DNA of 64,000 bases from Bispira polyomma (lineage: Eukaryota), in the NCBI GenBank assembly GCA_965649765.1, contig OZ287749.1:10354001-10418000 (forward strand), in the 5' to 3' direction. The notes under the pieces were generated by a model. That model made no database searches. It was not told where the DNA came from and saw nothing but the letters and a program-made list of their open reading frames with translations. The translations under genes were made by a program, and so were the position numbers. Positions 1-15,200 of this stretch are shown piece by piece (within the stretch, counting starts at the first letter, position 1; each line of letters starts with the position of its first letter).

Positions 1-76
1 GGTAGTTTACCTGCTGGGTACTTTTCACGGATTCCTTGCTTACACAGTTTCATATCAAGCTGTTTGTGTTTTCCAG

Positions 77-218
77 ATCGTGTCCAGAAAATTACACATG
101 TCACAAAGCTGGAGAGAACCCAAACTATGGCTACACCAACTTTGACAACTTTGGCTGGGCCATGCTGTGTGCTTTTAGACTGATGACACAAGATTTCTGG
201 GAAGACCTCTACCAACTG
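77..218 (+). CDS. para: Nav1 exon: DI extracellular loop and P-loop (CPENY...[14 protein letters not shown])
   Basis: ttccag acceptor, CTG|gtaagt donor. Confidence 0.95.
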
Positions 219-3200
219 GTAAGTGGGTTTTTTATCAGGTGCAGCCTGAAAAAATTGTGCCGCCATCTTAGAAATAATATAAAAAGGCCTTAAAGGTCAT
301 GGATTGGTTGGAAGCAATTAACCCATCAGAACTGAGGAGTGTCAGAATAATATTTGTAGAAGTGCCAAGCGGGCCTGAGTATATATAGTGGCCATATCAA
401 CGTTAATGTATTTCACACTGCGCCCGTATCTTATTTAAAAGACAACACTTTTTAGAAAACCTGTACTTACTGATAAGTCTGTTTGTGCTAGTATGTGTAA
501 GCATTCCATGTAGTCAGTGCCTACTTTATTCATTTTGTGAACTAAACATCATTCAAGTAGATTTTTTAATTGTTTAAAGATAACAAAACAATATTGATGT
601 TATAAAAGTAAATTATTGTAAATATCAGACTGTTGTCAAATAGTAGTACCGATAATCTGTTATCAGATAATCCCATATGTTTTAAAGTACATGCCATATA
701 CCTACACACCCCACGGACAATTTGAAAATGCAACTCATGTTTGTGGCAGTATCAATTGTTCATTTTGACATATTTTTATGCTTTCAGATTATCCATGCCT
801 AGGGTGTCAATACTGTATATAAATGTTTTCAGATTATCCATACCCAGGGTGTACACACTATGTATACATGTTTTCAGATTATCCGTGCCCAGGGTCCATT
901 CCACGTGTTTTTCTTTGTGGCAGTCATCTTCCTGGGATCTTTCTACCTACTCAACTTGATCCTGGCCATTGTGGCGATGTCATATGATGAACAGCAGAAA
1001 CAGGATCAGGAGGATGCGGAAGATGAGGAGGCTGAGGTAGGTCATGTGACTACAGGTACATACAGGTAGATATAGGTGAATACACAGGTCATATAGGTAA
1101 GGAGAAGGATGAAGAGGTAGGTCATTTGAAATATAGCTAAATACAAACAGTACAGGTATATACAGGTAATGAGGGTCATAAGGAGGCTGAAGTAGGTTAT
1201 GTGACTAGGTAATATATGCAAATACATGTAAAACAGGTTAATACAGGTAGGGAGGGTGATAGGGAGGTTAAGGTAGGTCATGTGACGTGGTAATATATGC
1301 AAATTCAGGTAAAAACAGGTTAATACACATTGTGAGGAGGTTGATGTAGGTCATGTGACTAGCTAATACAGATAAATACAGGTAAAACAGGTTAATATAG
1401 GTTGTGAGGAGGCTGAGGTAGGTGTAATGGGCAAGCACAAATACCAATGAGATGAAGTAACACAAGCTGGCTTATGATCCCTTTATTTATGGGCGGCAGT
1501 CGGGATGACTTTGATAACTGTCATCTAGTTTCCAAGAGAGAATACTGACATGGACTCTAACCTATATGTAGTTGAAAATATGTAACATGGCTGGGGCTTT
1601 AGCTGTGGTCTTACTATGTGCTGTGTACTTCAGTACCTCTGTGTGTACCTTAGTTTGTACCGAAGTGTGTAGATATCCTGCTTTATAGAGGTTTGGGAGA
1701 GGTACAAGCACTTTTAAGTGCATCATGCTGGTCACTGATTTGTGATGACCATTAACTTCTTGTGGTCTGAAGGGCTTTAAGCCCCTCCCATATACAATAG
1801 AACCTTTATTTTACGGACTTCTTGGGAAAGTGAGAGTTTGTTTGGATAATAGAAGATCCGTAAAATAGAAGTGGCATTTTAGTATAAAACATAGCAAAAA
1901 ATAATTTTGGGAGCGTGAAATTTAGTCCATAAAATCGAATATTCTAGTAATAGAGGGTCGGATAATAGAGGTTCTACTGTACAAACACACATGGTGGGGA
2001 GTACCCAGAATATGTTTTGACAAACTGATCTCCCTGTCTCTAGCCTCGTTCCCTGACACTAACCTGTTTTCCCGACTTTAGACTGTAACCTGGCTCCTTG
2101 ACTTTAGACTGTAACCTGTTTCCCAGGCTGTAGACTGTAATCTGTTTCCTAAACTGTAGACTTTAACCTAGTTCCCTGACTGTAGACTTCAACCTGGTTC
2201 CCTGACTGTTGACTGTAGTCTGATTCCCTGCCTCTTGTCTGGTTCCCTGACTATTGCCTGTAGGCTTGTTGCCTGTGCTGTATGTTGTGTGCATGCTATT
2301 CCAGGTAGAAGAACGGCGTTTAATGGAACAGGAGGCGGCCATGATGCTGGCCCGCAGTGCCTCTGATGTGTCAGGGGATGGGGACCTGTTGGCAGTACAG
2401 ACCGCTGGAGATAGGATCAGCATTCACTCGGACATAGGTCTGGACAAAGAGAGGCGCTTAAGTATTGTCAACCACATGGGCAAAAAGGTGACTCTTCTTG
2501 TTTACATTTTACAGAAGTTAAAAGAGTGATTTATCGTTTTTCCAGTTGTTTAGTGAATCCTCACCCCTGGGCTGTGGACACCACCAGACAAGCTGCTTCC
2601 TGCTTTCTGTAGCTTCAGCTCATGCTTGGTATTGTTTGCTGGCTTTCTCTGTGGGCTTTGTAATGTCAGATGACCATCTCAAGTTGTTCACACAAATGTC
2701 AGTCCAGAAGGTTTTTAGTGATGTCAACTAACCATTTTAAATCTTCCCTAATCTGAGCGGAACGTATTGTTTAGCATAATCCAAAAACAAAAAGTTATAT
2801 AGCCATATTAAATGATGTAGTTTATTGTGAATATGGGTTATTTTATGACAGGTTTCTGCAGGTTAAAAGTGTAACGTGTTTTGTTCTGTATCAGGTTCAA
2901 GTGTTTTGAGTATCGAGCCAGCCTATATGTATGCACCCTGTGACCTGTCTTCTCCCCATCATACTGTACTTTCCAGGCCAGCCTCAGTCTTCCCGGCTCC
3001 CCCTTCCCACTGCGGCGTGGCAGCCGCGCCAGTCAGTTCAGCTGGAAGCGCAAGACGTACGTGACGCGTGCGGGCGACAAGCAGCCGCTGGTCTTGCCGT
3101 ATCTGGACAATCTGAACTTCCCATATGCTGACGACTCGCGGGCAGTCACTCCCTCCACCGAGGATCTATGCAACCTTCACAATACTCACAGCAGCTTCAT

Positions 3201-6200
3201 GCCACACAGGCGACGCCTTAGTTCCGCAGCTTCCTACAAGAGTAACGCCTCCCACCACCACCAGACGGCGCCTCATTACGAGGGGGTGCGCTTTGTGCCA
3301 CGCTCCAGAAGGTCCAGCTTCACCTCGGACCACAGCAAGTACTCGGACACCTCCAAGACAGGCGAGCTCATCTCCAGGACCCTGATGAACCGCGGTGAGC
3401 CCACCTACTTCATGTGGAACACCTCCATCAAGAGGCCAGCCAATACAGTGCCTGATGTCGTGGTGGACGGAACACGGTCAGACGATAACGTAAGTATATC
3501 TCACGCTGGATCGGTAATAATACACAAACATGGTGGACGATCAGGCGATAGCGTAAGTATACATCATGCTGGAATAGTGTGTAAACACACAGTGTGATAC
3601 ACACAGACATGGGACACGATCAGACAATAATGTAACTATATCAGAGGGAGACTTAATTACACAGCATGATATACAAACATGGTATATGATCAGTTGATCA
3701 CGTCAGTATATTAGACGGTGACTTAAATACACAGCGTGATACACTAACATGGTACATGATCAGTTAATCACGTAAGTATATCAGACGGTGACTTAAATAT
3801 ACAGCGTGATATACAAACATGGTGGACGATCAGTTGATCACGTAAGTATATCAGACGGGGACTTAAATATACAGCGTCATACACAAACATGGTACACGAT
3901 CAGACGATAACATAAGTGTATCTCATGCTGGAGATGGGTATAAATACACAAACATGGTAAATGATCAGACGATAACATAATTATATCAGATGGTGACTTA
4001 AATACACAACGTGATATATAAAAGCATGGGACACGATCAGACGATAATGTAAGTATTTATCACAGAGGGATGGTATAAATACAAAAAACATTGTACAAGA
4101 TCAAATGATAACATAAGTAAATAAGAGGGGATACAAATACACAGCGTAATACTAAGACATTTGTTTTGTCCTAACACACATTCATGTTTAAGTGCACTAA
4201 TCTGATTTTATACCACAGTGGTCATTCCGTCAGCGTTGTTATCATAGAACCAAGCAACAGAGATAAATGATCAAAAACAGACGCTATTTTTGGAGAGCAT
4301 AAATTGAAGTTCTTGAATGTTTCATTTAATGTAAAATATTATAAATTATATAAAAATAAAGCATTCTACAGCATTATGATCTAGTGCCATGTCCATCGGC
4401 CAGCAGTTGACAGTATAAAACAATATTGTTATTGCAGCCTAAGTACACAGGAATACTGCATTTAACATAAGGAAAAGCATTTTTTTAAATTTGTCATGTA
4501 ATCAGTTGTTATAAAAAGGGCATTTATGATGTCATCAAAGTGTGTCAAAGTATTCTCCCTCAGTATGTTGGAATTGCTCTCTATCAATGGCGAAGGGTGT
4601 CTGTGTGAGCTTCTTGTGAGTTGTCATTGTCTGCTGCTTACACAATTAAGCTTTTTAATTCAAATACACAATATGTCAGTCCCTAGGTCTGTGCACTGGT
4701 TGTGTTTGCTAGGAGTTAAACAGTTATAATGTACCCATGTAGGATTTCTATCTAAAGCAAGTCAAACCATGCATATGTCCCAGGCAAAAATTAGATAGAC
4801 AATAATTCAAAATTAATGAATTTAAAATGTTAACCTTGTCTGAGCAGATTTAAATTTTGAGTTCACCTGAGGGAAACTAAATTGAGTATAATGTACTCAT
4901 GTTGTATATCAGTATGAAGTCAGTCAAACCCTGTATACATATACCGGTATAATCATTGTTTTAAATTTAATATGTACTCCTGTAGTATATCAGTATGGGG
5001 AGTTGCTGAGGACTAGTGGTTAGAAGCGCCTGCTTCACAATCACAGTGACTGATCTCTCACCAATGTGGGGGTTGGAATCCTATTCGTTCCTTCGTGTGG
5101 GGAAGGTTTGTTCGGTAGTTGCCGTAGGCCGGTGGTTTACAGTGCTTCAGCACTGGTTTCTCTCACCATTGAATCTGGCTCTGGTGATGTGACCTTTAGC
5201 TCAATAAAAGCTCTCCATAAAACAGGTGGCATGTACTGTACAGGGAATATGTGTACATTGTAGGTGCTAAGAGAATACATACTCTAGGAGTGTGCACAGT
5301 AAGATCAGTGAGAACAAAATCTATACTTCTGGGGATCTATAGTTGTTGTGTTTATATCTGAGCTATGATGCCTTGGCCTTTTAGCTCATACTGTAACGTG
5401 GTGAACTTTTATGGGACTAAAGTGCATTTGGTTACAATACACAAACACATATACAGTCATGTAGTACTAATAAAAGGAATGTTTTAAAAAGGCAGTTACA
5501 AACGCACATACAATGTACTCTGATAACTTTCTCTGCTTAGATACACGCCACGTAAAGTCACACTTGTATGCACAATACATGGACAAAACACCATCTATTT
5601 TCTCATCTTTTCTAGGAGTCTTCAAGGAGTGTATCTAAGTTACATCCATGCCGTATAAAGCTACCTCTTTGTACACACAATACACAATGTACTCATGTAC
5701 CTCTCTCTGCCTATGTTCTAGGAGTCTTCCAGTAGTGTATCTAAGTTAGATGCCAAAGCCAAACTGTTTGCAGACAACCCCTTCATTGTACGCACGCCTA
5801 GTGTGCCCCGTCTAGATATTAGAGGTGAGTTATGAGTTGATGTATCTGATTGGCTGTTTATATAAGTTTGATTGGTCTGACTGTATGATTTATGTCAGTA
5901 GTTTGGATTGGCCCAATTAAGTAACTTTGTTTTGGAATGTTTTACTGCCCCGACTCAAGTCTTTGTACTTATAATATGAATTAGTATTCATAGTGCCGTG
6001 TAATATCTCATCATTTAACTCTATCTCCTCAGTATAGTGTTTTCTGTTTGACTATTACTGTTTTCTCATTTTTTTCAGACGTCTTAATCCTGAGAGAACT
6101 GGTACACGCCTCAGGGAGAGGAAGTAAGTAAACTTAATTCCGCCTCTCAAAAACTCTGTAAAGTAAACTCTGTGAGTCAATGCAAAGTCTGTTACTAATA

Positions 6201-9200
6201 TTAGTTGATGTCAACTAATGATAAGTTTGCTTCATGGGGTTAATAAACTGAGCTTACATATATTTCAGATGTCTAAATTACATATCTGAGCTAAAGTATA
6301 GTCAACTGAAACAAATATAAGAAACATGTGATGAGAAGGACTATGTTTTTATAGGTTGTTATAGCGACCAGCCACACCTTTCAAGACGGGAAATGATCAA
6401 AGAGAGATGTATGCAGCTACTGTTTGGATGGGAGGTAAGTTTTGTATATACAAAGTTGATTTTTCTACTTTAATCATCGCCAGATTTATATTTCATTTTT
6501 TTGTGTTTTAGTGCTGTCCCTGTTGACCCCACCTATGTTTTGTGGTTTAGTAATCTCCCTGATGACACCTATGTTTTCTGATTTAATACTGGCCCTGCCC
6601 CAATTTCCAATCTTTTGACCCATTCTATGTTTTGTGGTTTAGTAATCTCCCTGGTGACCAAGGAGATGTTTTCTGGTTTGCTACTGTCCCTGCCCCTATC
6701 TCTAATCTTTTTGTGTTTCAGTATTCTCCCTACTGACACCTCCTAGGTTTTGTTTTATTACTCTTCCTATTTATACTTCCTGTATTTTGTGTTAAAATAA
6801 CCAGCCATTGACACAACACGACCCATTTTTTAAAAATAGGAATTTCTCTATATTTTTGTGGTGTCGCGTCTGAGCCATCCATGGAAATGGTGAAGAAATC
6901 ATTTAATAATACTTTTTTATACAGGCTAGTCCTTGCTTCATTACAGAATTTCAATTAGTGACAATTGGTTTTTTAATACACCTACATTTGTAACTCTCCA
7001 GATAACTGAAATTAATCAGCCGCCTATATGAATTACAATTAATGACAATTGGTAATGTGTGATTTCTAAAGGGTGGGTTTTAATTTTAAAAAAAATCAAT
7101 TTCAATTAGTGACAATTGCTTTGCCTACCCAACTTTGAACTGACACTCCTCAATTGTTAACTGCCATTTCTAGAGGGAGGGTTTAACTATTTGAATTGGT
7201 AGCTGTAGTGATAAATGACTGTAGTGATAAATGCCGCCGTAGGCGGTTGATTGGCCTGATGCTGGCAGGTGCAGCATCTTTTACCAGAACTTGTATAGTT
7301 TTATGTTTGTGTAGGCATTTGTACGCAGAACCGCGGTGTGAAGCAGGGTTGGAGGTCCCCAGGGTTGCAGGGACTGGGCTTCTGGTATTTGGTGTTTTAT
7401 CCCTTAGTAAAGAGAGAGACTTGGGGGTGACCATTTATCAATGTCCCCAAGGATCTTTAGCCTGCCACTGGGGATATGACCCAGTGACAGAGGACCGCCA
7501 TTTTTAGTGGTCTTCCGAGCCACTAGGCAGAGTTGTATACACATCTTACCCAAGTATGCTTTCCCGCCATATCTGAAAGAAAGAAACAAAGTATGAGGTA
7601 TTAGTGGTTGGGGGGGGGGGGGGAGCACCTGTAAAGAGAGGAGAAAGATAGTGGATTAGTTTACATATAATTATCTGGAAGAAAGAAACAAAATGTGAAG
7701 TGTTAATGGTTGGGGCACCTGTAAAGAGAGGAGTACTTAGACATAATTACATATAAATATGTGTGTAGTACGGTGCTACTGGAACCTGAAGAGGCCGGGC
7801 ACGCTGTCTGTATGGAGGATTTGCTGGGTGGTGCATCTGTACTCAGTTAGGCCGGGGCGGCCGCTGGGTGGGAGAGCGGTACCCGTGCCATGCAAGCCCT
7901 GGTTGATGAGGATCTATAGGTACTGTAATGTTGAGTCCATGTGAGCTTGGAGTGTGGATCCTTGGTACCTTACGGTTGATTTTTTGTAGCATCCTTCTAG
8001 GTAGTCTTTGATCTTCGGGATGTTTAGGTTTTTGTGTATTGGTGTCATTCGGAAGTGCTTAAGTGTCCAGGTGATGATCCTGAGACATCAGTTCTGGAGG
8101 AGTTGTAGACTGTTAAGACTTGCTTTGTGGTTGTATGTTAGGTGATAACTTTGTTCCAGCACAGGTCTAATCATGGTGAGGTAAAAGGTCTTAAGTGCTA
8201 CGCCTGGGGTTGGTGAGGTGTCTTAGATGCTCAATCCATGGTAATTGCATAACAGCTGATCTCAAACATGCACTTTTCACATGAAAGGATAGCAGTATAT
8301 GTATGTTGGTAAAAACAATAATCTTAAACATGAAAGGATAATTTACTTAGATGGGGTATAACCTGAGTTAGCACTTATAATCGACAAAACAAATGAGATG
8401 GAAGTGAAATCAAATACCTTAGTTCCATATGACAACATTTGTGTTTAAAATCCCTTGACACCTCAAGTCAAGATCAATGATCACAAATAGGAAATTTACC
8501 TTTATTCAATCAGTATTCCTTTAGGATTTCCTTGTTTTCACAAATGTCACTGTAAATTAATGAATGTCTAGGTTTTTTAATTAAATAGACAATAATAACA
8601 GCAAAAAAACATAGAAATATGACTAAACATCAACAGTGTGATGTGTGTGTGAGTATTCCAAGATTTTTTGAGTTGATTACTGCTGTGTACTGTCGCTTTT
8701 GGTGTGCAAGCAAGGTATATTTGCTGCTGTGTCGTGTCGGCAAGGGCCGTGTCGCGTCGCGCCGGACTTGGTCTGCAATGGGCTTAACTCCTGTATTTTT
8801 TATTATAGCACTGCCCTTACTCACATCTTCTGTGTTTTGTGTTCTAGTGCTGCCCTTGCTCACATCTTCCGTGTTTTGTGTTCTAGTGCTCCCTCTGCAG
8901 ACGTCTCCTATGTTTTGTGTTTTAGTACTCCCCCTGTTGACATCTCCTATGTTTTTGTGTTTTAGTGCTCCCCTTGCTGACGTCTCCTTTGTTTTTGTGT
9001 TTCGGTGCTCTCCTACTGACACTTGTGTTTTAGTATTACTCCTGTGTTTTGTATTGTAGCGCTGCCCTTGCTGACATCTTCTGTGTTTTGTATTATAGTG
9101 CTTCCCTTGCTGACATCTCCTATGTTTTTATGTTTTAGTGCTTCCCCTGCTGACGTCTCATACGTTTTCTATTTTAGTGCTCCCCTGGCTGACATCTCCT

Positions 9201-12200
9201 CTGTTTTGTGTTTTAGTGCTCCCCTGGCTGACATCTTCTGTGTTTTGTGTTTTAGTGCTCCCTGTCTGACATCTCCTGTGTTTTGTGTTTTAGTGCTGCT
9301 CTAAATGACATCTCCTTTGTTTTTGTGTCTTTAGTACTCTCCCTGCTGACACTTGCTTTGTTTTGTGTTTTAGTGCTCCCCTTGCTGGCATCAGTTCACC
9401 CACTACGTGGAGCTCTTTATCATGGATGCCTTTGTGGATCTGTTCATCACCCTGTGTATTCTGGTGAACACAGCGTTTATGGGGTTAGATCACTACGATA
9501 TGGACCCCGGCTTTGAGGGAGTCCTTGCCATGGGAAACTATGTGAGTCACTGGCCAATGAGTCAGAACATTTCATAATAATACAGATTGATCTTTTCATA
9601 TCAAATATCACACTTGGTATCATCCAATATTCAATTGTCAGACTTTATACATGCTTGGGTGTGTATATGTTGTAATAACATATTTTAAAACCATTTATTA
9701 CCAGTTAATTGTCTGAGATTTCCTTATCTGATTTGCTATAATTTAAATCTTTCTTATCAGTATGTGTGTATTCATCACTAATAATTCACATTTCCATGGA
9801 CATTAGCTACACATCCAGTCCTATCTTTACAGGTGTTCACTGCTATTTTTACCCTTGAAGCTGTGCTCAAACTTATCGCCCTGAGTCCCATCACATACCT
9901 GAAGGACAAGTGGAACTGCTTTGATGTTACCATTGTGATCCTTAGTCTGGTCGAGTTGGGTTTGTCTAATGTCAAAGGCCTGTCAATACTGCGCTCCTTT
10001 AGATTGGTAAGTCTGTATGTACACACCTTGTGTTACCTGATATTATCCTCACTTTATACCCACGTTACCGTGGAACCCTCATTATAACAATATTGCCATG
10101 GTATTAACCTCATTATGCCAATGTTACCTCGTTAATATGTTAATATTATTTCCTCCTTAGTCCCATTAATAGTCCACTACGTTACTGTATGAGCTAATTA
10201 AAGGCAAGGCCTTCTAGCTCAGATAAACACAGTGACTTTATGCTAGGTGTATATTGATTTTTCTTGGTGATCTTATTAAAGCACATTCGGTAGAGTCTTC
10301 CATTCACATTGTTGATTTGTCTTGTTGGCTGTACATTGTACATTGGGCAGGCTTTGTTTGGATGTTGCTGTACACATACACGTGTTATTCCCTCTGTATA
10401 TATTGTGTGGTCTCTGTGGCCTAGTGGTTAAAGTGTCAGACATTGGATCTGAGCGATCTCAGAGCCCCTGTTCAATCCTTGCTGCTGGTCTGGACATTGT
10501 ACCCTTGGACAAGGTGCTTTACACAAAAGTTGTCCATCTCTACCCAGGTGTATAAATAGGTACCTAACGGCTAACAGGTGCTGGTCTTTGTGAGCCGTAT
10601 CTAGCAGCACGACTGGTATGCTTTCTGAGGGGGCTGAGACTGAACAATTGTTTGACAAGTGGAAGAACCCAGGGGGGGGGGGGGGGGTGTAAACTGTAAA
10701 GTTGGCTGAGACCTCTATAGAGGTGATATCAGACTATAAACCTATACACACTTACATTTACATTTATTTAGCTGCGAGTCTTCAAACTCGCCAAGTCGTG
10801 GCCCACCCTCAACCTTTTGATTGGTATCATTGGCCGTACTTTGGGCGCGTTGGGAAACCTCTGCTTTGTGCTTCTTATCATCATCTTCATCTTTGCTGTG
10901 ATGGGTATGCAGCTGTTTGGTAAACACTACGTGGCCTCGAACTTTGGCGGGGACGTACCCAGGTAGGTCACATAATCGACTGGTGTAATTGATTATCGTG
11001 TGATGATAACACAATGACCGGATGATATTTGTAATGTAGTACAGTAGAACCTCTATATTATCCGATCTTCTATTATCCAAATATTCGATGTTATGAATTT
11101 AAATTTCTCTCTCCCAAATATGTGTTGTTTTACTCTTGTTTTTAAGTACAACATTGCTTCTTCCATTTTAAGAACATTCAATTATTAAAACAAAATTTTG
11201 CTCTCTTCTACTGTATAAGAAAGCTGTCTTGTAAATCATGTGACACAGAGAAATGTAAAGCTTCACTTCTTTGTTAAACTCTATTTTTTATATCAGTAAA
11301 CATCGTCATTATGTATCATGTGGGCCGGTTGTGTTTACAGTTGTTTCTGGTTGACACTGTTCCTCTTGTATGTACCAGCTGTGCCTTTAGTGTGTACCAC
11401 TATGACTCTATAGTGTGTCTGTGACTCTAGTATGCCCCAGCTTTGATTTTAGTATGTACCACTATGGCTCTATAGTGTGTCTGTGACTCTAGTATGCCCC
11501 AGCTTTGCCTTTAGTATGTACCACTATGACTCTTATAGGGACTCGAGTATGTATACCAGTGTAACTTTAGTGTAACGGCCCACTCTGGTACACTTTGTCC
11601 TCTGTTGTTTCCAGGTGGAACTTTTCTGACTTCCTGCACGCCTTTATGATCATATTCCGCGTGCTGTGTGGGGAGTGGATCGAGTCCATGTGGGACTGTA
11701 TGCATTGTGCCACTTCCTATATCTGCATCCCCTTTTTTCTGCTCACTATGGTGATAGGAAACTTGGTGGTAAGTTAGACCTATTGACAGTGTGGCTCAGT
11801 ATTTGTTATCTCCTATACCCAGTTCTATAACAACTCCTATACCCAGTTCTATAACAATTAATATACCCTGTTCTATAACAATTAATATACCCTGTTCTAT
11901 AACAACTCCTATACCCTGTTCTATAACAACTCTTATACCCTGTTCTATAATAACTCCTATACCCTGTTCTATAACAACTCCTGTACCCAGTTCTATAACA
12001 ACTCCTATACCCTGTTCTATAACAACTCCTATACCCAGTTCTATAACAACTCCTACACCATGTCCTCTATCCCCTGTATCCCAGGTGTTGAACCTTTTCC
12101 TTGCCTTGCTCCTGAGTTCGTTCGGTGCTGAAAGCTTGCAACAATCTCAAGATGAGTCCGAACCCAACAAACTACAGGAGGCTGTGGAGAGGATTAACCG

Positions 12201-15200
12201 CTTTGTGGTCTACATTAAGTCCAAGGTCAACTATTGTATCAAGGTAAGTGCCAAAATAAACCCTTGTGATAAGGCGAATGTCAAGTCCAACTAATGTGTC
12301 TGTGTAACTATCAAGGTCACCTACTGTATAGAATAAATCGTCAAGGTAAATTAATGTATCCCAGTGAGTGCCAAGGTCAACTAATGTATTCGTGTAAGTG
12401 ACAAAAATCAACTGATATATTAAGGTGAAGGTCAAAACCAACTAAAATATCAAGACGAATTTTTCTCAAGGTGTATTTAAGGTCAGCAGATATGACAAGG
12501 TGAATGTCAAGACAATAAATTTTGTAAGGTGGATATCAAGCCAACTACAATATCGGATGGTTAATTTCAAGGTCAACTATAGTGTATCATGGTAAGAGTT
12601 AAGGTGAACTAACTAAAAGTGTTTTTATGCTGTGCTGTAGCCATATACTGCACTGTACAATATTTACAACACTGAGCTAATTACTGCTCAGACTATTAAA
12701 GTTCTTAGTATATCATTGGTTTCTTTTCACTTAAATGTATCGATAAACAAACTCCAAATGTATCTTGTATAGGTACGCCTGCGCAGATTACCAATCAAAA
12801 ACTTCCCAGATTCCAGGCCCATGCAAGATGGTAACATTCCGGTAAGGAATGGGCGAATTGTGGAGAATATGGATGAGATTCAGAGTCCATTGGGGACAGG
12901 TAAGTGTCCTGTGCACCCATCACACACCATGACACACACCATTACACAGTCACTACTTAATACACCCTTGTATACTATGTAAAACATCTTCTAACTACTG
13001 TACAAAGTATTCTCTATCTCAGTGCGTGTTGTAATATGGCTGCTCCGCTAGCCTGACATATCATATGGTAACACATAAAGCTCTCACGTTATCTCTCTCC
13101 TTCTCTCTCACCCCACAAAGAGTTACTAGAACTAATTCTCTACGCATCAATGCATGTCTCTCTGTGTAATCCAGTTCCATTTGGTTGTATTTTCAAGATG
13201 TGGGCTTTCCATTGCGCCTCGTAAAAGGGACAAAGTCCCACGTTGGTTACTCCCCGGTGTCGCCTTATGGTATGTATGCATGCTTTGATTTGCCTTAATC
13301 TTATTCTATTTTGATTTTTCCCACTACCAGGTGTCGCCGTTGTGGCAATGTTCTGGCTTACTCGCTAGTGTGTGTGTCGTACATTTTTCTTGGTGTGCAT
13401 GTGTGTAGATTTGAATGGCTCAGAAATTGATGGTGTTTAGTTACTGTTATTGAGGTATTCTATTGTCACATAGAGCTCTGTCAATGAATAGGGTAGATAT
13501 ATACTACCATAAATAGAATACAAATATAATAGGTGTAGATATATACTGTTATCAACTGAGTACAAGTATATTAGGTGTACATAATAAATGTACTACCATC
13601 AACTGAGTGGGGCCGCGGTGGCCTAGTGGTTAGCAAGCATTGCGCTTCACAATCACTGGTCTCTCACCTCTGGGCGGCGTGAGTTCGAATCCTGTCGATG
13701 CCTATGTGGGAAAGGTGGTAGTTCCTTACTGTGGGCCGCTGGTTTCAGTGCAGAACCTTGACCAACTGTATGCAGTGTTTCCTCCAACTACCCATCCCAA
13801 TATAACCTACTAAAAGGTACTAGAGTGGACGTAAAATATTCAAATTCAAATTCAAACCATCAACTGAGTATATAGGTAAGGGACATACAAACATTAGGGG
13901 TGTAAAATTCTATTAGAAACCTAACCGGTTCAGATATGCAGCATAAAACAACATATTCATATACATAAATGTTTAGGTTTGTGATTGTACACACAAACTG
14001 TGACGCAGATGTATCAGTTTCTAAGATGTCAGTGAATGTTGTCAAATTGGGCAGATGTCTGTGTCTTTTGTTGCATGGTTTTGTGTGGCTCAGCATGACC
14101 ACTTTGTAATCACCCTTTCACAACCCACAGCATACATGATACATGCTTAATAAACAAAATGCCATGGAGAGTTGTACACTGGCCATAAACTCTAGCATAT
14201 ATGTGTTGTTCTCCAGTGCAGTCATAATCCCAAATCTGTGTGTGATAAACATTGTGTATTAGATATTGTGTATTAGACATTGTGTGTGTTGGAGATTGTG
14301 CTAGACATTTTGTGTTTGAGACATTGTGTGTTAGACATCAAATGTTAGACATCGAGTGTTAGACATTGATTGTTAGACATTGTGTTAGACATTGTGTGTT
14401 ACACATTGTTTGTTAGACATTGTGTGTTAGACATTGAGTGTTTTAGACATTGAGTGTGTTAAACATTGTGTGTCAGACACTTTCTTAGACACTGTGTGTA
14501 TTAGACAGTGTGTTTGTGTGAGTTACAGTGGGTGATGTTTGTTCTGTGCTGTTCTGTTTGTTCTGCAGGCCTTATGATTACGGCCTGCATTGACAATGTA
14601 TACAAAGTACACAGTGCCTGGCAGAGCTGTGGGGTAGTAAAACATTGAAAGGTATATGTATTATAATAGTTCATAGTCTAAAGTCACAAAGCGGTATAAG
14701 AAGCGTAAAACAGGACTGACATTGATATTTAAAGATATAACAACTACAATTGTGTGGACAAATTGTCAAAGATGGGTCAGATTACAATGCCAGGCACTAC
14801 AGTTTGTTTTATGTAAACGGCTTTGTAATGCAAATATATGTTCTTGTACTTGTTTACTATTTGAATGGGCCTGTCTTTTGACTTAACCCAAAATTAGGCT
14901 AAGTCCAGTCTTAAATCTAAGACTTTTGTCTTAGCTAAATTTTGTCTTAACATTGGGTTCACAAAAGGTGACTTTCCTGAGACTAAAGTCTTAACTTTAA
15001 GCCTAGGGCCAGACTAAAACCTTTCCATGAATATGGGCCCTGGGATTTTATATTGATATATATATTGTTTTTTTTTATTTGCTGTATTTTAAGGTACTGT
15101 GCACCACACTGTTTATATTAATATATGTTCTATTACTTTTTTGGTGTTACTTTTATCATCATACAGCTTACAATACCTCAAGGTTTTCAAATTGATTTCA

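Noticed and set aside
13609-13695. tRNA-like sequence with A and B boxes
   Set aside because: Continues into a SINE body with repeat tail and TSD; no clean cloverleaf, so not a tRNA gene.
14569-14633. Possible extra II-III linker exon after ttctgcag
   Set aside because: No convincing donor and no recognisable conservation.
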